Below, one piece after another: positions 1 through 9,223 of a stretch of 64,000 bases of DNA (positions are counted from its first letter, which is position 1; each line of letters begins with the position of its first letter). This DNA comes from Candidatus Cloacimonadales bacterium (GTDB lineage Bacteria > Cloacimonadota > Cloacimonadia > Cloacimonadales > JAIOQZ01): contig OY762463.1 in NCBI GenBank assembly GCA_963665815.1, forward strand, positions 2,528,001 through 2,592,000, given 5' to 3'. Position numbers and translations under genes: made by a program. The notes under the pieces were generated by a model that was not told the origin of the DNA, made no database searches, and saw only the letters and a list, made by a program, of their open reading frames with translations.

Positions 1-460
1 ATTTCTCACCTTTGTGTATATCCCAGATTTCATCTTTCTTATCTCTGACTCCAATAAATACCGTTCCATCTCGACTGTATCCATCCTTCTCTACATGTCT
101 CGAAGCTTTCTTATACGTTTTGTATTTTTCTGCTCCAAAAACTATCATTTTCAAAGAATCCGGACTATAAAAGATATCCCCAATCTCTACATCGGTACTT
201 CCCTTTATAATATTGTTGCTTGACCTTCTTAAATAATACTCTTTTAAGTAATTTCTTACAAGCAGGCTGTCTCTGTATACATACTTTTTTACACCATCAG
301 GATAAACTGAGTTTATGTACTCATTATATGCTTGATGAGCAGCAGGAACAATCTCCTCATTATATCTTTCTAAAGCAAGATTACCTTTTATTTCATGATA
401 CACATAACTAGTGAACCATATAGTCCCAACGATTATTGGATACAATAAATACTTATTCAA
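1..460 (-). CDS. Hypothetical protein with N-terminal membrane anchor; 3' end runs off the window
   Basis: Read by hand: TTG start at 460 preceded by AGGAG; open frame MNKYLLYPIIVGTIWFTSYVYHEIKG... continues to the window edge without a stop. Not in the ORF track. Confidence 0.7.
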   Translation of the reverse strand, partial: MNKYLLYPIIVGTIWFTSYVYHEIKGNLALERYNEEIVPAAHQAYNEYINSVYPDGVKKYVYRDSLLVRNYLKEYYLRRSSNNIIKGSTDVEIGDIFYSPDSLKMIVFGAEKYKTYKKASRHVEKDGYSRDGTVFIGVRDKKDEIWDIHKGEK

Positions 461-468
461 TGTTACTC

Positions 469-670
469 CTAATATTTTAGATGTTCTTTGACTTTATCAT
501 TATTATAGTATTTTAAAGAATGTCCATAATTGACGGCATCATGATCATCAATTTTTTCGGCTCCCTTAATGGCTTTGTCTCCGGCAACATGATCTTTTAC
601 TCCAACATAATAGAATGTTTTAATATTTTCTCCTTCAGGTGCGGCAACATCCTTTCTTCTATCCCCGCCT
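469..670 (-). pseudogene. Start-less ORF fragment, possibly the C-terminus of an alpha/beta-hydrolase-like protein
   Basis: Frame GGDRRKDVAAPEGENIKTFYYVGVKDHVAGDKAIKGAEKIDDHDAVNYGHSLKYY...HLKY* has upstream stops and no in-frame start; its stop overlaps the RBS of the next gene. Confidence 0.35.
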
Positions 671-793
671 GAGAATTATCATATGTGTTTTCTCAAAAAC
701 ATCAAGCTTTCTAAAAAAGCGTACAATCCTGTCTCCTTACTCCATAATATTGCAAAAATGAACTCATTAGTGGCAAAAGGTCAAGAAAATTCT

Positions 794-935
794 GAAACAA
801 ACGACCGGTTGTCTCTACGCGTATTACAGGACTGCACAGGCTGGTGCAGACAATGTTCTCCCTTGATGTATTTCTGAAGAAACATCTCCGTTAATTCTGG
901 ATGTGTTTCTTCGAAAACATCTACGGAAGAAAGAT
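794..935. repeat. REP-like composite intergenic repeat, copy 1
   Basis: GAAACAAACGACCGGTTGTCTCTAC followed by GATGT..TTCTTCGAAAACATC hairpin modules shared with the copies at 2896, 6790 and 23785. Confidence 0.75.
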
Positions 936-1353
936 TCAACTGTGTTGAAGTAAAGGGTTAAATATTCAGTATAAATATATCAGCTCCAGAGATTATCAAT
1001 TGCAATGCAAAAGAAAAGAGTGTTTCTTTCAATTAATTTCCTGCTCGGTACAAAATGCATTTTGTGCTGTATACCTAAATCATATTGGATATCAAATTCA
1101 AAATAGTCATTTAATTTCTTAATTGGTAGTAGAAGTACCTGAGCAAGTTGGTTATGCAAAGATACTACAGAGAAATTATTCTTTCTTTTGTTATATGGAT
1201 CATCAACCAACCAGTTTAAATGAGCACCACCGTATTCTACATAATATCTTTGTTCAGCTTGTGACAGCCATTAATATTTATATGAAAAGATGTAGATTCA
1301 TAATATCCGATACGGGTTTTGTCTCTTACAAGATTATCATTGATATCTGATTT

Positions 1354-2214
1354 TTAGATTGATCCAAGTATTTCCATCAATTCAGAATGTTCGAAGGAAT
1401 AAACTTTATTGCAGAAGTGGCATTCTGTATCAATTGGTTTGCCTTCATCGCATATCTGTTTCAGTTCTTCTTTTCCCAGAGATATTATACCACGTCTGAA
1501 TTTATCCTTTGAACAATCACAATGATAGAATGGTTCTACTTCTTCAGTGTATTCAATATCAAAACCTTTCAGAACGAATTCTTCCATGATTTTCTCAAGG
1601 GAATATTCCATATCCAACAGGTCAGTAAAGCTGGGTAGTTTCGCCAAATTATTTTCAAGGATCGTAATTGATTCTTCCTTTGCATTTGGCAGAAGCTGAA
1701 CCATGAAACCGCCAGCCTGACGATATTCATCCTGCACGAAGAGAACACCAAGGCTTACAGCAGAATTAATCTGTTCTGATTTCAGGTAGTAATAAGCCAG
1801 GTCTTCCCCGATTTCACCTGATAGAAGTTCAACAAGACCTATGTAAGGTTTTTTATCACCAATGGAACGCATAACTGTAAGAGTTCCGTTTCCAACTATC
1901 TCCTTAAAGGTTTTGGCAGTTATGTTACTCATATCAAGATAATTATTCAGGTATCCTTTAATAGCTCCTGCTTTAGTAACAGAGACAAGTCCTCCTGATA
2001 AAGGTCCGTCAGTATCGAGTTTTATAGTTATTGAGTCGTCAGTATTTTTCAGAGTCTGGGACGTGAGCAGTCCGGCAATAATGAGTCTTCCCATGAGATC
2101 AGTCTCAATCAACGGCAATTTGTGGATGCTTTTTGCTTCTTTAATTACGTTAGTAGCGTTCAGCACGAAGAATCTGAAGTCATCAGCTGAGCCGCGGATA
2201 ATTTTATCTTTCAT
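1354..2214 (-). CDS. hslO: Hsp33 redox-regulated chaperone
   Basis: 286 aa; C-terminal CDCS...ECHFC zinc motif; YYLKSEQ and AGGFMVQLLP signatures. Confidence 0.95.
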   Translation of the reverse strand: MKDKIIRGSADDFRFFVLNATNVIKEAKSIHKLPLIETDLMGRLIIAGLLTSQTLKNTDDSITIKLDTDGPLSGGLVSVTKAGAIKGYLNNYLDMSNITAKTFKEIVGNGTLTVMRSIGDKKPYIGLVELLSGEIGEDLAYYYLKSEQINSAVSLGVLFVQDEYRQAGGFMVQLLPNAKEESITILENNLAKLPSFTDLLDMEYSLEKIMEEFVLKGFDIEYTEEVEPFYHCDCSKDKFRRGIISLGKEELKQICDEGKPIDTECHFCNKVYSFEHSELMEILGSI

Positions 2215-2399
2215 TAGTACTCCATATGCGTAAAATTATGTTTTCTAAATACTTTATATTGGATTTTGTAATAAAAACGAAGCAGGGTAAAAGAATCAAG
2301 AAAAATTTTTAAAAAATAGTTTGACACAAAAAGTCCGCTCTATAAAAAGGACATCGTTGATCATTGATGAATGAAAATTGAAATGAAAAGAAATTACAC

Positions 2400-2476
2400 G
2401 GGGGTGTAGTTCAGTTGGTTAGAACGTCTGCCTGTCACGCAGAAGGTCGCGAGTTCGAGTCCCGTCACTCCCGCCA
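2400..2476 (+). tRNA. tRNA-Asp(GTC)
   Basis: GGGGGTG/CACTCCC acceptor stem, D-loop AGTTGGTTA, anticodon loop CT-GTC-AC, TTCGAGT T-loop, discriminator G plus CCA; one A-C mismatch in the T-stem. Confidence 0.95.
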
Positions 2477-2487
2477 TTTATATACAA

Positions 2488-2519
2488 GCTGATCCAGAAT
2501 TGGGTTAGCTTTTTTTTTT
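2488..2519 (+). terminator. Rho-independent terminator after tRNA-Asp (duplicated near 2620-2649)
   Basis: AGCTGATCCA-GAAT-TGGGTTAGCT hairpin followed by a T-run. Confidence 0.85.
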
Positions 2520-2555
2520 ATTGTTCATAGATTGGTTTGTTTATTGGATGAGCGA

Positions 2556-2695
2556 ACGCAGAAGGTCGTCCCGAGTGCAAGTCTCGGGAAGTCCCGTCAC
2601 TCCCGCCATTTATATACAAGCTGATCCAGAATTGGGTTAGCTTTTTTTTATTGTTCATAGATTGGTTTGTTTAATGGATGAGCGAACGCAGAAGG
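2556..2695 (+). repeat. Tandem duplication of the tRNA-Asp 3' half plus terminator, with a palindromic insert
   Basis: Unit 2437-2555 recurs at 2556-2685, and a third start ACGCAGAAGG lies at 2686-2695. Confidence 0.9.
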
Positions 2696-2895
2696 TTGCC
2701 GCTTCTGCCTCCTTCGCAATGGCTGAAATCCTTGCTAATGGTGGGCTTGACTAACTCTAAGAGCTATTTTGGGAGTGCATTGACTATGTCAATGCAGGTT
2801 TCAGTTTGCATCAAATAAATCCCATAAAATCATATTATTAAAAACAACATTACTGGTCTGGATAAAGCGAGCAGGGATGCTCGGGCACCAATACC

Positions 2896-3052
2896 GAGCC
2901 ACCCATCCGGTTGTCTTTATTCGGATGGAAAGATGCTCATGTCCTGCAAGTGCTATGTTCTCTCTGGATGTTCTTCTGTACATCCGCCTAATCTGGATGT
3001 ATTTCTTCGAAAACATCTACGGGGAGATGTCGACAGAATGGAGACAGAGGGT
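2896..3052. repeat. REP-like composite repeat, copy 2
   Basis: CATCCGGTTGTCTTTA...TGTTCTCTCTGGATG...GATGTATTTCTTCGAAAACATC...GGGGAGATGTC...GACAGAGGGT. Confidence 0.75.
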
Positions 3053-3134
3053 ACTCCTTTGTGTCATGGTACTGTCACCTATATGACAAGTCTATTTTGT
3101 TACCCATGTCCTCGGTTTATACAGGTGCTTAACT

Positions 3135-3240
3135 GAGGCACTCATCCGGTTGTCTCTACGCGGTTGAGTAGAGCTCTTAGGTTCTACACGTATTAGTTCT
3201 CCCTCGTCAGGGAGATGTCTAGCGTGCGGGACAGAGGGTT
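3135..3240. repeat. REP-like composite repeat, copy 3
   Basis: CATCCGGTTGTCTCTAC...GTTCTCCCTCGTCAGGGAGATGTC...GACAGAGGGTT; closely similar to 4760-4865. Confidence 0.8.
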
Positions 3241-3254
3241 CATAAAACCCGGAC

Positions 3255-3286
3255 AAAAAAGACCCGTTCCATTCAGAACAGGTCTT
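3255..3286 (-). terminator. Rho-independent terminator of the Ig-repeat lipoprotein gene
   Basis: AAAAAAGACCCGTTC..GAACAGGTCTT hairpin; the A-run reads as a T-run on the minus strand. Confidence 0.7.
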
Positions 3287-3313
3287 AGTTATAGTTTTAA
3301 AAACTATGGTTTT

Positions 3314-4621
3314 CTATTGAAATCTACAGCTTCCGGTTCTGCGATAACGAACTAAAGAAAACCCCCTGAAAACAGTACGATCATCAACACTGAAGTTAGT
3401 GTTATATATACCTACTTCGAATATTTCGCCTGACTGTATTGATGTTAAATCTATACCGTTGAACCAGTCATCTGGTATTGTTGCTGTTGTTGTATCTGTA
3501 TCCAATGAAATTTTTTCATCAATGTTAACACTTGTAGTCTCGTAATGTCCATGCAGGGATTGAAACTCACTTTCATGGTCAAGATCCCAATTAATTGTCA
3601 ATGTTTGTGAGCTATCCCAGACATCCGGCCAAACAACATCATACGGTAAATAGGGTAATTGCAGCTCAGCAGAAGTCGTATTTCCATTGATTGTTACTGA
3701 AAAATTATATGTACGTCCGGGGTTGAAGTTAAATGAATAGCTCGGACTCCACTCATCTCCATGAGGTTGATCTGTGTAAATAGTTCCGGGTATTGTTGTA
3801 TCATCAACTTTAACTGTTATAGAATCTATACTTGTAGATATATCAGAAGGATATATGTGTAGTTCCGTCAAGTAATCTGCTCCATAAGAATAACATCCAC
3901 ACGATACTACAAAATCACAATTTTCTTCACTCATGATGTCATCAGGTTGATAAGATGTCTCAATTGTAAAGATATCGGTTTCACCAATATTGCCAGATGC
4001 ATCCCATGCTTTTGCCTGTAATAGATGATCTCCATCAGTAAAATCTGAACAGCTTAAAGTAAAAGTTGATGTTGATCTGGAAGGATTATCCTCAGCTATC
4101 AACAAGCTATCTATATATAATGCAACTTTTTCAATCTCACTATTATCTGTTGCATCAACATTAACAATGAAAGTTCCTGTTAACTGATCACCATTATGGA
4201 TATTTGTGAATGTAACAACAGGAGTTTCATTATCCGTAGACTGAGATGATATCTCAATTGTAAAGATATCGGTTTCACCAATATTGCCAGATGCATCCCA
4301 TGCTTTTGCCTGTAATAGATGCTCTCCATCAGTATAATCTGAACAGGTTAAAGTAAAAGTTGATGTTGATCTGGAAGGATTATCCTCAGCTATCAACAAG
4401 CTATCTATATATAATGCAACTTTTTCAATCTCACTATTATCTGTTGCATCAACATTAACAATGAAAGTTCCTGTTAACAGATCACCATTATGGATATTTG
4501 TGAAAGCAACAACAGGAGTTTCATTATCCGTTGTAGGACTGGTTGATGAATCCGATTTGCATGATGAGAACAGAAAAGCTATGAAAACTATAATGAGAAG
4601 AAAAAGAAACCTTTTACACAT
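3314..4621 (-). CDS. Lipoprotein with two tandem bacterial Ig-like (Big_7-type) domains
   Basis: Lipobox FSSC; two near-identical units of about 98 aa (DNETPVV...VDATDNSEIEKVALYID...LQAKAWDASGN). Confidence 0.85.
   Translation of the reverse strand: MCKRFLFLLIIVFIAFLFSSCKSDSSTSPTTDNETPVVAFTNIHNGDLLTGTFIVNVDATDNSEIEKVALYIDSLLIAEDNPSRSTSTFTLTCSDYTDGEHLLQAKAWDASGNIGETDIFTIEISSQSTDNETPVVTFTNIHNGDQLTGTFIVNVDATDNSEIEKVALYIDSLLIAEDNPSRSTSTFTLSCSDFTDGDHLLQAKAWDASGNIGETDIFTIETSYQPDDIMSEENCDFVVSCGCYSYGADYLTELHIYPSDISTSIDSITVKVDDTTIPGTIYTDQPHGDEWSPSYSFNFNPGRTYNFSVTINGNTTSAELQLPYLPYDVVWPDVWDSSQTLTINWDLDHESEFQSLHGHYETTSVNIDEKISLDTDTTTATIPDDWFNGIDLTSIQSGEIFEVGIYNTNFSVDDRTVFRGFSLVRYRRTGSCRFQ
3958..4531. 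repeat. Intragenic direct repeat, 280 bp x2, period 294 bp
   Basis: 3958-4237 and 4252-4531 are near-identical at DNA level. Confidence 0.95.
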
Positions 4622-4759
4622 ATTTTACCTCAAAAACTATTTAATTCACACCATGTTTTTCTTTTTATGACGTTATGTCCAGTAAAAAAACTACTATAAT
4701 TATTTACTCAATTTGCCATAATTTTGAAGGTTTTTAACCATTACAAAGATATTCCCTTT

Positions 4760-4865
4760 AGCCAATCGTCCGGTTGTCTTTATGCGGATAGGTAAAGCTC
4801 TCAGGTTCTACACATATTATGTTCTCTCTCGTCAGGGAGATGTCGAGCGTGCGAGACAGAGGATT
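4760..4865. repeat. REP-like composite repeat, copy 4
   Basis: CGTCCGGTTGTCTTTATGCGG...GTTCTCTCTCGTCAGGGAGATGTCGAGCGTGCGAGACAGAGG. Confidence 0.8.
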
Positions 4866-5057
4866 AGAATAAGATGCAATGATTATTGTTGCCTGCATCT
4901 GATTTACACACCCCAATTCATTTCTGTTCCGAAATGAATTGGCACTCCTCTTTTATTTTTTAACACTAAGGAAGAGGGGATTCTGCACAACGCTTTGCGT
5001 TGTTGTTGAAAGCCCTTGCGAATGGTCCTAAGACCTTCGCAATGGTGGGATTGAAAA

Positions 5058-6032
5058 TCATCTAGAATAAATATCTTCTATCTCTTTTCTCAATTCATCT
5101 GTCCATTGTCCGGCTAATGAAATATAAACAATTCCATCTATATCTGAGGGGTTTTCAACACTATCTTCTTTCAAAATAATAACATTTTTGCGACCAAGTT
5201 TTCCAGTGAAAATACCAGCCTCAAAAACAACATTTTGTCTTGCTCGAGATTTCGGCTCTCCTGAATCCTTCTTAGCCTTACCTTCATCATCAGCTGTATA
5301 AAGACAAACAGCAAAATCAACATCTGAGTGTGCTTCGAATTTTTCAATTATTGTTCGACCCTGATTACTCTGCTCATGAAGGATAATTACTTCAATTTTG
5401 TGATTGTTGATATTCAAGCTTTCAATAAATCTTGCAACTTTCAATTTAACAACATCATTATGCCCATGGACTATGAAGCATTTATATTTTCTATTGCTTT
5501 CCATAATATGATCCTCCTTCTTATTATTAACTTGAAGATTTTCAACAAAATCTATACCTCTCATGGAAAGATAAATCTCACAATAAGAATCGATAGATAT
5601 TTCTACCTTAATATATTCAGATTCTTCTACATATTCACGAAATCTATAAAATTCTGTTATGTTCTCAACTCCAAACAATGTAGAACTAATGTAGGATAGA
5701 GTAAAAACACCTGTATGTTGTTTGTATAGATGAAGCAAAAGCAATTCTAATTTTTCTTTACTGGTCCTTGGAAATTTAGTCTTCCCAATAATTTCTACAG
5801 CTTTATCATAAGAATCTATCTCAATAATGTTATCTTTACTGCTTGAGTGATGGAGTGCAAAAATAAGCTTGTTTCTTATTTCAGAATTTCTGAAAGTATT
5901 TTCTTGTATTTCAGAGCGTGTAAACTTGAAATATCCACAAAGATTACAATGATATGTCCTTTCTCTATTAAAATCATAAGTTTTCAGTAGAACTGCATCT
6001 TGATTACAGATTGGGCATTTCACATTTTCCAT
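5058..6032 (-). CDS. TIR-like nucleotide-binding domain protein (CAP12/Pycsar-effector TIR family) with N-terminal Zn ribbon
   Basis: C-terminal FIVHGH...LHEQSNQGRTIIEKFE...DFAVCLYTADD...RARQNVVFEAG...PSDIDGI motifs; N-terminal CPIC..CNLC. Confidence 0.9.
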   Translation of the reverse strand: MENVKCPICNQDAVLLKTYDFNRERTYHCNLCGYFKFTRSEIQENTFRNSEIRNKLIFALHHSSSKDNIIEIDSYDKAVEIIGKTKFPRTSKEKLELLLLHLYKQHTGVFTLSYISSTLFGVENITEFYRFREYVEESEYIKVEISIDSYCEIYLSMRGIDFVENLQVNNKKEDHIMESNRKYKCFIVHGHNDVVKLKVARFIESLNINNHKIEVIILHEQSNQGRTIIEKFEAHSDVDFAVCLYTADDEGKAKKDSGEPKSRARQNVVFEAGIFTGKLGRKNVIILKEDSVENPSDIDGIVYISLAGQWTDELRKEIEDIYSR

Positions 6033-6181
6033 AATTTCTCCATATTGTTAGTTGCTTCGATTACAATAATGCTTTGATAAACTGTTATATATTGTCAACA
6101 CAAAATCTTTAGTTCAAATTAGAATAAACCAATAAATTATAAAAAATCAACCATTAATTCAAAAATAGTAGATTTGATATA

Positions 6182-6622
6182 TTAATTTTTTAGAAACACA
6201 GTATAATAATCATCGCTTATGAAATTACTTTGATCGATATCAGCGTAAACACACCATGGAGGATCATCTGATCTAATTTCCTGAGGATCAAGACACTCAA
6301 TTATATTATTATTAGGAACTTTTACTCCATTTTGTCGAAGAAAATCTGCTACTTTATTGGGTATCGATATTCTATGAGATCTATCATGAGCTGTACCATC
6401 AATATTTATTGAGAAAAGTTTTTTATTCCTCTTATACACATGATAATGGGAAAGCGTTTTGGGAATATGAGCAGAATGCTTTTGAACGGAATATTGTCCT
6501 CCTATTGATGTTCCTTTATGCATAGCTTCAAGTAGAATTCTACTATTTGATTTTTCATTTTCTCTATAGTAAAGACTTATAACACATTGTTCTTCAAATA
6601 TAATCACTAATCTACTTAACAT
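6182..6622 (-). CDS. His-rich hypothetical protein (DUF6367-like)
   Basis: 146 aa with good RBS; HYHVY...SINIDGTAHD motif resembles DUF6367 (recalled, not searched). Confidence 0.55.
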   Translation of the reverse strand: MLSRLVIIFEEQCVISLYYRENEKSNSRILLEAMHKGTSIGGQYSVQKHSAHIPKTLSHYHVYKRNKKLFSINIDGTAHDRSHRISIPNKVADFLRQNGVKVPNNNIIECLDPQEIRSDDPPWCVYADIDQSNFISDDYYTVFLKN

Positions 6623-6789
6623 AATATCTCCTTAACTGTATTTCATCATTCTTCAAATTTGTTTAAGATAAGTATGATAACTAAATCTTGTCAATTCATA
6701 AATCTTTAGTTCAAATCTGCACACACATGGATAAGCTATCAAATCCACCATTGCGTAGGTTTCCAACCATACGCAAGGTTTTTTTGACT

Positions 6790-6970
6790 GAGACAACCGT
6801 CCGGTTGTCTCTATGCAGATGGATAGAGCTGCTCACGTATTGCATGTTTTGTTCTCTCTGGATATTTATAGAGCATCCGCAGGGAGATGTCGAATTTCCG
6901 AGAAAGTGGGATTAAAAGGCGGAACAATGATTATTGTTGCCTACATAGCCGATGCGTGCATCGGCTCTAC
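6790..6970. repeat. REP-like composite repeat, copy 5, plus two other CTAC-ending palindromes
   Basis: GAGACAACC-GTCC-GGTTGTCTC perfect inverted repeat; AACAATGATTATTGTTGCCTAC; AGCCGATGC-GT-GCATCGGCT-CTAC. Confidence 0.8.
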
Positions 6971-6987
6971 ATCTGATTCAACAGCCT

Positions 6988-7022
6988 AAAAAAAGACCCA
7001 TTCCGATCAGAACAGGTCTTTT
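6988..7022 (-). terminator. Terminator of the methylmalonyl-CoA mutase operon
   Basis: AAAAAAAGACCCATTCCGATCAGAACAGGTCTTTT; nearly the same sequence as 3255-3286. Confidence 0.7.
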
Positions 7023-7051
7023 AAATATATTTTACAGGTTATAAGATATTC

Positions 7052-9223
7052 TTAGTAACCAAGTCTCTTATTGAGTTCTGCCATCATAATCTTAGCAGCT
7101 TCAGGAAGCACCGTTCCCGGTCCGAAGATTGCGGCAGCACCGTGTTCGTAAAGGTAATCATAATCCTGTGCAGGGATAACACCACCGCAGATAACCATAA
7201 TATCTTCACGTCCGAGTTTCTTCAGTTCATCCATAAGTTGTGGAAGAAGTGTTTTGTGTCCTGCAGCAAGTGAGCTCATACCGATTATATGAACATCATT
7301 TTCTACAGCCTGTTTTGCTGTTTCTTCCGGAGTCTGGAATAAAGGACCTATATCCACGTCGAATCCCATATCCGCATAAGCTGTAGAAACAACTTTTGCA
7401 CCACGGTCGTGTCCGTCCTGACCCATCTTGGCAATCATGATTCTTGGACGACGTCCTTCGTTTTCTTCAAACTCATCGGTAAGTCTTCTTACTTCGGTAA
7501 TCTCGTCTTCTTTACCGTATTCACTACTGTAAACACCACTGATTGATCTGATCACAGCTTTATGTCTCCCATAAGTTTTTTCCATTGCATCGGAGATTTC
7601 TCCCAGAGAAGCTCTTGCTCTGGTTGCAGCAACAGCAAGTTCAAGCAGATTGCCTTCACCTGTTTCAGCTGAAACTTCAATAGCTTTAAGAGCAGCCTGA
7701 ACTTTTTCTTCGTCACGTTCTTCTCTGAGCTTGTTAAGACGCTCAATCTGAGAAATACGTACGGAAGTATTGTCAACTTCAAGAATCTCGATAGGATCTT
7801 CTTTATCAAGTCTGTATTTATTGGTTCCGACGATAGTTTCAGTCTTAGAATCTATATGTGCCTGACGTCTCGCAGCAGCTTCTTCGATACGCATTTTCGG
7901 AATACCTTTTTCGATAGCTTTTGTCATTCCGCCGTAAGATTCTATTTCCTCAATATGTTCCCAGGCTCTCTTAATCAGTTGGTCTGTAAGAGCTTCAACA
8001 TAATAAGAACCGCCCCATGGATCAACTACGCGGCAGATTCCGGTTTCATGCTGGAGATAAAGCTGAGTATTTCTGGCAATCCTTGCTGAGAAATCAGTAG
8101 GAAGTGCAATAGCCTCATCCAGAGAGTTTGTATGAAGTGACTGAGTATGACCGAGAGCGGCACTCATTGCTTCAATACATGTTCTGGTTACATTATTGAA
8201 TGGGTCTTGTTCTGTAAGTGACCAGCCGGAAGTTTGAGAGTGAGTTCTGAGAGCCATTGATTTTGGATTCTTAGGATTAAACTGTTTGATCAGTTTAGCC
8301 CAGATAATTCTGGCAGCTCTCATTTTCGCAACTTCCATGAAGTAGTTCATTCCCACAGCCCAGAAGAAAGAAAGTCTTGGAGCAAATGCATCAACATCAA
8401 TACCGGCTTTGATACCGGTGCGAACGTATTCAAGACCGTCTGCGAGTGTATATGCCATTTCAATATCAGCAGTTGCACCGGCTTCCTGCATGTGGTAACC
8501 GGAGATACTGATACTGTTGAACTTAGGCATATGGTTTGATGTATATTCGAAGATGTCTGCAATAATCTTCATAGATGGTGTTGGTGGGTAGATATAAGTG
8601 TTTCTTACCATGTATTCTTTGAGAATATCATTCTGGATTGTACCGGTAAGCTGTTCGTGAGATACACCCTGTTCTTCTGCAGCAACAATATAGAATGCCA
8701 TTACAGGAAGAACCGCACCGTTCATTGTCATGGAAACAGACATTTTATCAAGTGGGATGCCGTCGAACAATGTTTTCATATCAAGGATAGAATCAACTGC
8801 AACACCAGCTTTACCAACATCACCGACAACTCTTTGGTGATCTGAATCATAACCCCTGTGAGTTGCAAGGTCAAACGCTATGGAAAGACCTTTTTGTCCG
8901 GCAGCAAGATTTCTTTTGTAGAAAGCGTTACTTTCTTCTGCTGTTGAAAAACCTGCATACTGACGTACAGTCCATGGACGCATTACATACATGGTTGCAT
9001 AAGGTCCTCTGAAAAACGGTGGAATACCTGCTGTATAATCTTTGTTTTCCAGATCTTTTGTACCTTCTTTTGTATAAAGAGATTCAACAGGGATCTGTTC
9101 GTTTGTATTCCAGAGAATTTCATCGAAATTCTTTTCTACTTCTTTACGGTAAAGTTCTCTCCATTGTTCAGGAGATACACTTTTTTGTTTTTTAATCTTT
9201 ATTTTTGAGAAATCAAGTTTCAT
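7052..9223 (-). CDS. scpA: Methylmalonyl-CoA mutase, large (catalytic, B12-binding) subunit
   Basis: [23 protein letters not shown] (DxHxxG) and SSLAAGH motifs; 723 aa. Confidence 0.97.
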   Translation of the reverse strand: MKLDFSKIKIKKQKSVSPEQWRELYRKEVEKNFDEILWNTNEQIPVESLYTKEGTKDLENKDYTAGIPPFFRGPYATMYVMRPWTVRQYAGFSTAEESNAFYKRNLAAGQKGLSIAFDLATHRGYDSDHQRVVGDVGKAGVAVDSILDMKTLFDGIPLDKMSVSMTMNGAVLPVMAFYIVAAEEQGVSHEQLTGTIQNDILKEYMVRNTYIYPPTPSMKIIADIFEYTSNHMPKFNSISISGYHMQEAGATADIEMAYTLADGLEYVRTGIKAGIDVDAFAPRLSFFWAVGMNYFMEVAKMRAARIIWAKLIKQFNPKNPKSMALRTHSQTSGWSLTEQDPFNNVTRTCIEAMSAALGHTQSLHTNSLDEAIALPTDFSARIARNTQLYLQHETGICRVVDPWGGSYYVEALTDQLIKRAWEHIEEIESYGGMTKAIEKGIPKMRIEEAAARRQAHIDSKTETIVGTNKYRLDKEDPIEILEVDNTSVRISQIERLNKLREERDEEKVQAALKAIEVSAETGEGNLLELAVAATRARASLGEISDAMEKTYGRHKAVIRSISGVYSSEYGKEDEITEVRRLTDEFEENEGRRPRIMIAKMGQDGHDRGAKVVSTAYADMGFDVDIGPLFQTPEETAKQAVENDVHIIGMSSLAAGHKTLLPQLMDELKKLGREDIMVICGGVIPAQDYDYLYEHGAAAIFGPGTVLPEAAKIMMAELNKRLGY

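Noticed and set aside
980-1350. Possible degraded gene downstream of hslO
   Set aside because: The minus frame is open for about 95 codons but has no convincing start, RBS or recognisable motif.
2801-3136. Short ORFs over the repeat cluster (also 683-877 and 6688-6915)
   Set aside because: They are translations of palindromic repeats with no RBS or protein-like features.
5058-6622. CBASS, Pycsar or Thoeris call for the TIR gene
   Set aside because: No cyclase, STING/cNMP sensor or ThsA-like gene nearby.
2400-6790. Integrative element at tRNA-Asp
   Set aside because: The duplicated 3' end is immediately adjacent to the tRNA, with no integrase and no distal att copy.
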